A stretch of DNA of 64,000 bases from the NCBI GenBank assembly GCA_965224085.1, contig CBDCYI010000004.1:160001-224000 (forward strand), written 5' to 3'. Of the stretch, positions 9,791-17,617 are shown in pieces (position 1 is the stretch's first letter; each line of letters opens with the position of its first letter). This DNA comes from Candidatus Marinacidobacterales bacterium. Lineage in GTDB: Bacteria; Acidobacteriota; Vicinamibacteria; Marinacidobacterales; SMYC01. The translations under genes and the position numbers were made by a program. The notes below the pieces were generated by a model, which was given only the letters and a program-made list of their open reading frames with translations, made no database searches and had not been told where the DNA came from.

Positions 9791-11044
9791 TCAGGGTGTA
9801 GCGTTGGCAAGAGGTGTGAGAGTGACGTCAAAACCGAGCTCCCTTAGGCGTCGTGTCATTCGTATTGTGAGCTGTTCCTTGTCGCGTTGATGGAAGTAAT
9901 CGGCACCCAGTTCCCGGTATGGAATCTCATTGTGGAGCATGTAGTAGACGGCGGTGATGATGGAGGCGGCGACGGCGACGACAGCTTTCTTGGGGCCCCG
10001 ACGAGATTTGAGCCGGAAGAACTGGGCACGCAGATAGCTGTCGCGCTTGCGGCTTGCCGCCCAAGCGGCTTGGACAAGAGCGGTCTTGAGCCATGGAGCC
10101 CCTTTGCGGGTTTTCTGAGAAAAGCGTTTACCGGCACTCTCATGAAGCCGTGGGCATAGACCGGCCCAAGAGCGAAGGTGTCCGGCCGTTGGGAATGCCG
10201 AGACATCGGGTCCGATCTCGGCGACGAGAATGGCCGCCGTGGCTTCACTGATGCCCGGGATCGTCACCAGAAGCTCGACGGCCGATCGAAAAGGGCGCAG
10301 GCTCTCTGTGATACGGGATTCGAGCGCGCTCACTGAGGCTTCAAGCTGCTCGATATGATTGAGATGAAAACCCAACAGGAAACGATGATGGTCGGTAACG
10401 TAGCCCTCGAGCGCTGCGCTCAATTCCTGTTCAGTGGCTTTGAGTCGGCTTGAGCCCAGCTCACTCAGCTTGTGAGGGTCGCTTTCTCCCGCAATGATCG
10501 CTCGGAGAATCGCCCGCCCGCTTACTCCCAAAATCGTGCTAATCACGCTCGTCAATTTGATGTTCGCGTCTTCCAACGTCTTTTGAATTCGCTGGGTCTC
10601 CCGAGCGATTTCTCGAACGAACTGCTTTCGCGTTCGGGTCAGCTCTCGCAGTTCCTGGATCGGCGTTGGCGGAACGAAGCTAGCTCGAATGAGACCATGG
10701 GCAAGCAAATCCGCTATCCACAAGGCATCACTGATATCGCTCTTACGACCCGGCATGTTCTTGACGTGGGCCGGTTGTGCCAACACCAACTCAAAATGAC
10801 CTTCGAGCACATGCCACACCGGCTTCCAATACACTCCGGTCGCTTCCATCGCTACAATCGTGCAACCGCACTGCCCCAGCCAATCCAACATTTCCAGCAA
10901 TTCGCTCGTGGCCGTGCCGAACACACGCGTCTCGCGCACCACCTTCCGCTTCGTCGCTACCCGCACGCAAGCCGTAATCGATTTCTGGTGGACGTCCAAT
11001 CCGGCGCATCGCTTATGAACCACTCTCATCGCAGCCTCCTTCAC
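9791..11044 (-). CDS. IS110-family DEDD recombinase/transposase
   Basis: GLDVH, MEATG, KSDISDA (DEDD); WAGLCPRLHESAGK (catalytic Ser region). Confidence 0.95.
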   Translation of the reverse strand: MKEAAMRVVHKRCAGLDVHQKSITACVRVATKRKVVRETRVFGTATSELLEMLDWLGQCGCTIVAMEATGVYWKPVWHVLEGHFELVLAQPAHVKNMPGRKSDISDALWIADLLAHGLIRASFVPPTPIQELRELTRTRKQFVREIARETQRIQKTLEDANIKLTSVISTILGVSGRAILRAIIAGESDPHKLSELGSSRLKATEQELSAALEGYVTDHHRFLLGFHLNHIEQLEASVSALESRITESLRPFRSAVELLVTIPGISEATAAILVAEIGPDVSAFPTAGHLRSWAGLCPRLHESAGKRFSQKTRKGAPWLKTALVQAAWAASRKRDSYLRAQFFRLKSRRGPKKAVVAVAASIITAVYYMLHNEIPYRELGADYFHQRDKEQLTIRMTRRLRELGFDVTLTPLANATP

Positions 11045-11258
11045 GTCGCACCGGCGTGGAGCCCACGAACTTGTAATCTAATAGACGCGCTCAACTATCC
11101 CAGCTGGAATAGAAAACGCAATTTGGGGTACGCGCAGGACTCCCAGCCAAACTTGACAACGGGCTCAGTCGCACCAACGTTAAGCCGACCTCTGAGCCGG
11201 TGCCACCTTCACAGACTACCGCGTTTCATTCATTCGGGGTGGCCGTCAGGCCGTGGAA
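11045..11258. ncRNA. Candidate IS110 bridge/seek RNA in the non-coding end
   Basis: About 210 nt upstream of the recombinase with several stems and target/donor-like segments (AACTTGACAA 11150-11159, CAACGTTAA 11175-11183, CTAATA 11078-11083); transcript strand and ends unknown. Confidence 0.65.
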
Positions 11259-11272
11259 AACTTGACAATACC

Positions 11273-11374
11273 GTCATGGGTCACCTTGTCTTCGGTGCCA
11301 TTCTGGGCGGCAGCTACGGGTGGATCTCGATCCCGGCGTGCTCCTCTTCAGGACTGGCAGCCGAGGCGCCCTGA
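11273..11374 (+). pseudogene. 3' remnant of a membrane-protein gene cut at the IS6 end
   Basis: MGHLVFGAILGGSYGW...* begins right at the IS6 right IR. Confidence 0.5.
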
Positions 11375-11385
11375 CCCGAGTAGAT

Positions 11386-11418
11386 CGACCCCCTGGACAT
11401 CAGTCCGAGGGGTCGACT
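11386..11418. terminator. GC-rich hairpin (possible terminator)
   Basis: TCGACCCC-CTGGAC-ATCA-GTCCGA-GGGGTCGA inverted repeat after the stop at 11374; no U-tract. Confidence 0.4.
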
Positions 11419-11459
11419 TCCCCCTCGAGTTTCGAGGACCAAACACGGTAGAGAAAAAG

Positions 11460-12221
11460 ATGATTCAAAACGAGGACCAACCGACACGACTTCGTTGCTC
11501 AGAAATCTGGGGCGGCATTGGGAATACGGATCTGGATGTTTCTACCAGACCAGTGACGACGAGCTTATTCTCCAGCGCATCCGATAGCGACAGCGGCGGT
11601 GATGTTTATTACTTCAGTGTCTGCTCCCGCAACACGATCGTTCGGATCGCGATGGCCGACGTGATGGGCCACGGACGTGCCGTGAGCACGATGAGTCAGT
11701 GGATGTACACCGCTCTCGTCGAGAGCATGGACAGCATCCATAGTAACGACATACTCGGCGATCTCAACCGCCTTGCCAACGAACGAGGTCATGAAGCCAT
11801 TACCACAGCGGTAGTGTTCAGCTTCCGGGTCGACAACTCCGAGCTGTACCTATCGTATGCGGGGCACCCGCCCGTGTGGATTCGCCGGCACAGGGAGGGC
11901 GTGTGGCAGCCGCTTGCACAAAAGCAACAGACTCAGCCAATGAACCTCCCGCTGGGTATGTTTCCTGGTACCAAATACAGCCAGCAGCAGCTTCGCCTCG
12001 ATTCGGGCGACCGAACTTTGGTGTTCACCGACGGCCTCATAGATGCGCCGAGCAAAAACGGCCAGCCTTTCGGTCACGAGCGGCTTCGAGCCGCTCTGGA
12101 AGAGGCTGGCGGCGGGACTCTGTTCCACCTCAAACAAAGTGTTCTCGCGGCCGTGCGCTCGCATACCGGCGGCTCCCTTGGTCACGACGATTTGACGCTT
12201 ATTGCGGTAGATGTGCATTAG
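11460..12221 (+). CDS. PP2C/SpoIIE-type Ser/Thr phosphatase
   Basis: GGDVYY, ADVMGHG, YAGHPP, FTDGLID, DDLTLI. Confidence 0.9.
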   Translation: MIQNEDQPTRLRCSEIWGGIGNTDLDVSTRPVTTSLFSSASDSDSGGDVYYFSVCSRNTIVRIAMADVMGHGRAVSTMSQWMYTALVESMDSIHSNDILGDLNRLANERGHEAITTAVVFSFRVDNSELYLSYAGHPPVWIRRHREGVWQPLAQKQQTQPMNLPLGMFPGTKYSQQQLRLDSGDRTLVFTDGLIDAPSKNGQPFGHERLRAALEEAGGGTLFHLKQSVLAAVRSHTGGSLGHDDLTLIAVDVH

Positions 12222-12233
12222 CGGCGGCTCGAA

Positions 12234-13658
12234 TCACTCCGCTCCGAGCTCGTCGATACGGAACAACCGACCCGCGCGCATGACGTGAGTAACGTTGCGA
12301 AGATGACGGATATCTTCGAGCGGATTCTCCGCGAGCACAATCAGATCCGCGATCTTGTTCGACGCGACGACACCTATGTCGTCGCGGCCCATCGCTCGCG
12401 CGCCATTTCTCGTCGCCATGACGATGAACTCGTTCGACTCGATGCCCGCGGCGTGCATCGCTTCGATCTCGGCATAGACCGATGGACCATGGAACGTCCC
12501 GGGATTGCCCGCATCGGTGCCCATCGCGATGGGGATGCCGGCACGGTGGACCCGGCGGAGGTTCTCGACTTTGCGCTCGTAGGATTCAGCAAGTCGCTCA
12601 CGGTAAGCGGCGAAATCGCGTTCGAACGTCCGCACCTCGGGATGGTCCACGAGGCTCGGACTTTCGAGGACCCGCCGCCTCGTCGCGATGTCGATGCATC
12701 CGTTCGGATCGTCGAGACTCGGCGCGGCGACGCCTTTGACGGCTTCGAACATGTTTAAATAGCCGTCGCTGACCATGAGGGTCGGCGTGTAGATCGTTCC
12801 CGCCTCTTTCGCCAGCGTCAGAAACTCGTCGTCCACGAGTTGATCGTCGACGCCGTGGACGAGGAGATGCGTGCCTTCACGCAATACGACTTTCGCCTCG
12901 CGCAAGCTCGTCGCGTGGTCGATCAGCGGAAGGTTCTTGCGGCGCGCCTCGTCCGCGACGGCTATCACCCGGCCATCGATGTCCTCGCGCTCGCCTTCGC
13001 GCACGCGAAGAAACCAGACCTTGATTGCGTCGGTCGCCCGCGACGCCATGTAGCGCACGGCGGCGCGTCCCGCCTCTTCGTCCGACAACAAGATCATCTC
13101 CTGCTCGCCGGGCAGATTCAGCTTTTCCCGTGGTGCATGCGTGATCAACGGGCCCGCGGCGGCGACGTGCGGCGACATTGGTTCGCGCTCGGCCGGAGCA
13201 CGCAGCTCCCATGACCAAGGAAAGCCGCCGACATCGAAGACGCTAGTGACGCCCGAGCACAGGTACGAGCGATAGTAGCGGCTCGGGTTCGACTTGAGCT
13301 GGGCTTGGGTGACGTCGAACGGATGCCGATCGCGAAGGTCCAGCGTGTCGGGGCGTCCCTCGAACCAGCCGGTTTGAGCGAAGTGCACATGCGCATCGAC
13401 GAGCCCGGGAAGAACCCAAGACCCCGACGGCAGTGCGACGACGAGAGCACCCTCGGGAGCAGCGCATGCGTCGCGCGTGCCGGCGCAGACGATCTGCTCA
13501 CCCCGCACCACGATGCGCGCGCTCGGCACCGGGGCCGCCCCCGTTCCATCGAAGAGCGTCCCTCCCTCGAGAATAAGAGCCGCGTCTTCGGTCTCTGCCG
13601 GAGCTCCGACGGCAACGATACAGACGACGAGAAGAGCCACCGATACACACTGTTTCAT
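12234..13658 (-). CDS. Secreted amidohydrolase-family protein
   Basis: Signal peptide MKQCVSVALLVV; PGLVDAHVH, GTDAGN, ADLIVL..NPL. Confidence 0.9.
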   Translation of the reverse strand: MKQCVSVALLVVCIVAVGAPAETEDAALILEGGTLFDGTGAAPVPSARIVVRGEQIVCAGTRDACAAPEGALVVALPSGSWVLPGLVDAHVHFAQTGWFEGRPDTLDLRDRHPFDVTQAQLKSNPSRYYRSYLCSGVTSVFDVGGFPWSWELRAPAEREPMSPHVAAAGPLITHAPREKLNLPGEQEMILLSDEEAGRAAVRYMASRATDAIKVWFLRVREGEREDIDGRVIAVADEARRKNLPLIDHATSLREAKVVLREGTHLLVHGVDDQLVDDEFLTLAKEAGTIYTPTLMVSDGYLNMFEAVKGVAAPSLDDPNGCIDIATRRRVLESPSLVDHPEVRTFERDFAAYRERLAESYERKVENLRRVHRAGIPIAMGTDAGNPGTFHGPSVYAEIEAMHAAGIESNEFIVMATRNGARAMGRDDIGVVASNKIADLIVLAENPLEDIRHLRNVTHVMRAGRLFRIDELGAE

Positions 13659-13675
13659 GTCTATCTCCGGACGAT

Positions 13676-14089
13676 TCACTCTGGAAGTAGATCGAGACCA
13701 ATCGGCTTTCTTAGAGCCTCGAAGTGTCGACGATCCGTGGTTGCGATACGCCGCAGCTCGAGAGTTTCTGCCAAGGCAACGACCGCTGCGTCCACGAAAC
13801 CGAGCTCGAGATCCTCGAATATCTCGTTCAGCTCGAGAACGCGACGATAGGCATCGCGCGGCAGGTCGGCAACGAAATAGGAGCCGTCTACCAAGCCCTT
13901 GTAGAAGGTCTTGCGCGCGGCGCTTCCAAGTCGGGAACCGAGAAGATGATCGACCTCGGGAATGACGGGCGCCGGCACAATCAGCTGACCCGGCTCCTTT
14001 TTCAAGAGATCCGCGCTGCGCCGATGCCACGCGTCACTCCGATCGTAGAACGCGTAAAGAACTCCGGTGTCGAGGATGATGGGCATCAA
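13676..14089 (-). CDS. vapC: VapC-like PIN-domain toxin
   Basis: ILDTGVL, PEVDHLL, GFVDAAVVALAE, ATTDRRHF. Confidence 0.9.
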   Translation of the reverse strand: MMPIILDTGVLYAFYDRSDAWHRRSADLLKKEPGQLIVPAPVIPEVDHLLGSRLGSAARKTFYKGLVDGSYFVADLPRDAYRRVLELNEIFEDLELGFVDAAVVALAETLELRRIATTDRRHFEALRKPIGLDLLPE

Positions 14090-14322
14090 TCCTTCGACTC
14101 ACCGAAACCGGACTCCGCAAGCACTTCGTCCACACGCCCGGCGGTATCCGAGAGGCCGCTCGCGAACTCTCCTTCTCCCGGCGGAAGCTTCCCGGGTCTC
14201 TTTTCCAGGTACTCGCGCAGAGCTTCCCTGATGATCTCCGCCATCGGCGTTTTCCGCTGCATGGCTTCGAGTTGCAGACGGACTTCGAGCTCCGGATCCA
14301 GGTATATCGTCGTCCGCTTCAT
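14086..14322 (-). CDS. CopG/RHH antitoxin
   Basis: MKRTTIYLD...AEIIREALREYL; 4-bp overlap with the PIN gene. Confidence 0.9.
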   Translation of the reverse strand: MKRTTIYLDPELEVRLQLEAMQRKTPMAEIIREALREYLEKRPGKLPPGEGEFASGLSDTAGRVDEVLAESGFGESKD

Positions 14323-14347
14323 ATGTTTATGTTAGCATAAGCATATG
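14320..14347. promoter_or_regulatory. Palindromic operator of the TA operon
   Basis: CATATG-T-TTATG-TTAG-CATAA-G-CATATG inverted repeat overlapping the antitoxin start codon. Confidence 0.6.
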
Positions 14348-14430
14348 GTATATCGCGAACCGCGTCGTTGTTCGAATCTGAGCTGAGTGCATGGCTAGCA
14401 CTATTTACTCGCACAGGAGCGTAGTGACTT

Positions 14431-14925
14431 TCAGAGATCGACCTCGAACGTGACGCCGCGTTCCGTCTCGTAATCGACGAGTTGGGTCGGGTTCGGGTCG
14501 ACGTTCAAAATGACGAAGCTCGCTCCCGGGGGCGAAAGTATGTAGCGATCGAGCGAATGCCACGTGCCGATCTTGTATACAAAACCCTGTGTCCCGTCGA
14601 TCAGGAACGCATGAACGTCTTCAGGCTCGGGGATGGCTTTCGGGTCGTTCAGGTTCGTGGGGGCCGCGACGGCGACCACCGCGAGCGAGCCCGAAAGCGG
14701 CACGAAGGTCTGGGTGACGTTGAAATGCCTTTCGAGCTCCGTGAAAGTGCGGCCTTGGTAGGGCTGCCAGATGACGTCGAGCGTCGGCCGGCCGTCGATC
14801 TCGCAGGGCGCCGAAAAAAACTCGCGTTGCTCCGCCGGCATCGACTTTGCCTCCATGACTTCCCCAAACGGACGGAACGACTCCGCCGTCATGACTTCGA
14901 CTTTGAGCTTGTGAACTTTTGTCAT
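14431..14925 (-). CDS. Ureidoglycolate lyase (AllA)-like cupin
   Basis: TAESFRPFGEV, LERHFNVTQTFVPL, GTWHS. Confidence 0.8.
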   Translation of the reverse strand: MTKVHKLKVEVMTAESFRPFGEVMEAKSMPAEQREFFSAPCEIDGRPTLDVIWQPYQGRTFTELERHFNVTQTFVPLSGSLAVVAVAAPTNLNDPKAIPEPEDVHAFLIDGTQGFVYKIGTWHSLDRYILSPPGASFVILNVDPNPTQLVDYETERGVTFEVDL

Positions 14926-14937
14926 GGTATCCTCCCG

Positions 14938-16341
14938 TTAGAAGGGCCCAAGCGCGATGGATTGCGCGATGACCACCCCGATGACCGCCGTCGCGAGCAC
15001 GATCCAAAAAAACGGCCAGTAGAATTTTAGCCACGTCGCGAAGCTCACGCGGCCGATCGCGAGCGTCGCCACGAAATAGCCGGACGTGGGGAAAAGAATA
15101 TTGGTGATGCCGTCGCCCCAATGGGTCGCGAGCACGACGACTTGACGCGTCAGCCCGACAAGATCCGCCATCGGGAGGAGAATCGGAAGCGTGATCAGGC
15201 ATTGACCGCTCCCCGACGGCACGAGAAAGTTGAACACGGTCTGTGTGAACAGAATCCCAACCGCCGTGAACGCTCCGGGAAGCGACTGGACGACGCTTGC
15301 GATGTGGAACACAAAGGTGTCGAGAATATTGCCTTCGACCATAATGACCGAGACGCCACGCGCCACCCCGACGATCAGAGCCCCGACGAGCATCTCCTTG
15401 AGCGCGCTGTTGAAGTTGCGGCAGATTTCGTTGACCGCGTGCCCCACGACCAGGGACGTGACCACCGCCATGGCGACGAAAAGGCCCGAGATCTCCTCGA
15501 AACTCAGACCGAGTCGCAGGATCGCGACGACGATGGCGATGAACATAATGAGTGCAGCGGGCGCAGCAAAGCGTTGACGCTCGGTGAATCTCTGTTCAGT
15601 TTCTCCCTCCGCGGCGAGCTCCGTCCGGAGCGCCGCATCCACCGCCGCGTTCAAACCCGACTCGGGATGCGCGTGCACTTTTCTCGCGTAGCGCATCACG
15701 AAAGCGATGGAGAAGAGCTCGACTGCGAGAAAGGACAACGCGCGATACCAAGCGCCAGAGAACATCGGGAGCTGCGCCAGCATGTGCCCGATGCCAATCG
15801 TGGAGGGCGCGCTAATCCCGAACGCATAGCCAAGCGAGGACGAGAGCAGCACGAGCGCCGCCGCCGTCACGGAGTCATAGCCGAGCCGAAGCATGAGCGG
15901 AAGCACGATCGGCAAATACGCGATGCTGAGCTCCGGCGTTCCGATGAAGGCCGCGGTCAGCCCAAAGACTCCCATGAGCGCCGGGATCAAAAGCTCGATC
16001 CGACCGCCCATCGAAATCATCAGACGTCGAACCCCTAAATCGATGACGCCCGTGCGGCGCAGCACGCCGACCGAACCACCAACGAGAAGTGTCAAGAACA
16101 CGACACTCGAAGCGTCGCTGAGACCTACGGGTATCGCCGTCACGATATCCATGAACCCGACAGGCGTCGACTCGATCACGTGGTACGAGCCCGGAACGAC
16201 ACTCTCGCGGCCGTTCGGCAACACGATGCGCTCGTAGCTTCCCGCGGGCACGATCCACGTGAGAGCCGCGACAACGAGGATGAAGCCGAACAGCACGACA
16301 TAAATGTCGGGAAGCTCGAAGCGCGCCCGCGCCACCGTCAC
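14938..16341 (-). CDS. YfcC/DcuC-like transporter
   Basis: TWIVPAGSYER, FLVPSGSGQ, WGDGITNILFPTSG; GTG start overlaps upstream stop. Confidence 0.85.
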   Translation of the reverse strand: MTVARARFELPDIYVVLFGFILVVAALTWIVPAGSYERIVLPNGRESVVPGSYHVIESTPVGFMDIVTAIPVGLSDASSVVFLTLLVGGSVGVLRRTGVIDLGVRRLMISMGGRIELLIPALMGVFGLTAAFIGTPELSIAYLPIVLPLMLRLGYDSVTAAALVLLSSSLGYAFGISAPSTIGIGHMLAQLPMFSGAWYRALSFLAVELFSIAFVMRYARKVHAHPESGLNAAVDAALRTELAAEGETEQRFTERQRFAAPAALIMFIAIVVAILRLGLSFEEISGLFVAMAVVTSLVVGHAVNEICRNFNSALKEMLVGALIVGVARGVSVIMVEGNILDTFVFHIASVVQSLPGAFTAVGILFTQTVFNFLVPSGSGQCLITLPILLPMADLVGLTRQVVVLATHWGDGITNILFPTSGYFVATLAIGRVSFATWLKFYWPFFWIVLATAVIGVVIAQSIALGPF

Positions 16342-16709
16342 GCGGTCCCCCGCGCGTAGCGCCGAACGACGAAGGCGTAGAGGGCTACGTTCGCGACCAG
16401 AACGAGCGCGGCCAGCCCGAACTGCACGTTGCGCGTCAGCGCTTCGGGATAGATGACGGGCAACAAATAGTGCTCGACGAAGCTCGTCTCGTAGCCGCGC
16501 TCCCCCGCCAGGCGACGGAGCCAATTTTCGAGCGGTGTCAATGGGCACGTCCAGCCGCCAAGCTCGATGAGAACAGCCCACACCGCCGCAGGTAAATGCG
16601 CCCACAGGAGGCGGGGCCAGCGGGCCACGAGCAGCCCGCCCAGTACGATAAAAAAGATGAAGGCGAGGTGGATCGCCAACGTCAGGTCAGCAAGTGCGGA
16701 TGGGATCAA
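16338..16709 (-). CDS. DUF2784-family membrane protein
   Basis: HLAFIFFIVLGG, CPLTPLENWLR, FVEHYLLPVIYP. Confidence 0.85.
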   Translation of the reverse strand: MIPSALADLTLAIHLAFIFFIVLGGLLVARWPRLLWAHLPAAVWAVLIELGGWTCPLTPLENWLRRLAGERGYETSFVEHYLLPVIYPEALTRNVQFGLAALVLVANVALYAFVVRRYARGTA

Positions 16710-17611
16710 CGCGCGTACACCACCTTGTCGCCTACGATGGTCGTGAGCACGCGGATGTCCCGAATGTGCTCCTCTACGACGCTCAGCGGGTTCTCCTCGA
16801 GCACGACGAAATCTGCGCGCTTCCCGACTTTGATCGATCCCTTCAAATGATCTTCGTGGTTTTGCCACGCCGCGTCGATCGTTACCGCGCGCAACGCTTC
16901 GCGCGCGGTGATACGTTGCTCCGGGCCGAGCACTTTCCCAGACGTCGTGATGCGGTTGACCGCGTCCCAGACGAGCTGGAGCGGTTTGACCGGTGTGACG
17001 GGCGTGTCGTCGTGCACGGTGAAACGAATGCCGCGATCGACTGCGGATTTCAGAGGGCTCAAGCGCGCCGCGCGCTCGGGACCCATGAAGATGTCCCGGT
17101 GGCGATCGCCCCAGTAGTAGGCGTGGCCAACGAAAAAGGATGGGCTGATGCCGAGCTCTTTGATCGCGTCGAGCTGATCCTCTCGGGCCATTTGGCAATG
17201 CTCGATTCGGTGGCGCGCGTCTTCACGAGGAAAATCCTTTTGCGCTTCGCGATAGGCGTAGAGGATGTCGTCTATGTCGTCTATGTCGTCTATGTCGTCC
17301 ATAGTCTCGATGCCGCCGATCGGCGGGCTGTTCAGGTCCACGCTGAAAAGCGCCACCCGACCCGAGCCCGGGAAGTGGTCGTGCGCCGCGTAGAGGCCAG
17401 GAAGGAGCACCGCCCCGTCGAGGTCGACATGCTTCGTTTCCGGGCCCGCCATCGCCTCGATGGTTGCGTTGTCTCCCACCGCAACGATCTTGCCGTCGTC
17501 GACGGCGACTGCCTGCGCCTCGGTTGCGTCCGCGTCCATCGTCACAACTGTCGCGTTCAAATAGACGGTGTCCGGGCTCAGAAGAGCCAGCAGCAAAGCC
17601 CACATGGTCAT
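16706..17611 (-). pseudogene. Amidohydrolase-3 (YtcJ-like) with large in-frame internal deletion
   Basis: N-terminal PGLYAAHDH joined through (DDI)4 to C-terminal HRIEHCQ...GSIKVGKRADFVVL; 301 aa, whereas family members are usually around 550 aa. Confidence 0.7.
17265..17299. repeat. 9-bp tandem repeat x4 (ATGTCGTCT)
   Basis: Seen directly; encodes DDIDDIDDIDDI. Confidence 0.9.
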
Positions 17612-17617
17612 CGCGCA

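Larger units (their letters stand above)
9781..11258 (-). mobile_element. IS110-family element, copy 1 (AACT core at both junctions)
   Basis: Same sequence as 62302-63779; AACT at 9777-9780 and 11259-11262; no TIRs. Confidence 0.9.
8985..11272 (+). mobile_element. IS6-family element whose right inverted repeat is split by an IS110
   Basis: Left IR CTTGCTGTCAAATTGA (8985-9000). Right IR rebuilt from 9775-9780 plus 11263-11272 = TCAACTTGACAATACC (reverse complement GGTATTGTCAAGTTGA, 11/16 match, terminal GG). No flanking direct repeat seen. Confidence 0.8.

Noticed and set aside
9777-11262. AACT read as a classical DDE target-site duplication
   Set aside because: It is identical at both insertions and IS110 enzymes recombine at a shared core, so it is better treated as core microhomology; the exact ends are ambiguous within these 4 bp.
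11253-11459. N-terminal extension of the PP2C ORF from 11253
   Set aside because: Starts inside the IS110 end and crosses another gene remnant; ATG 11460 is more plausible.
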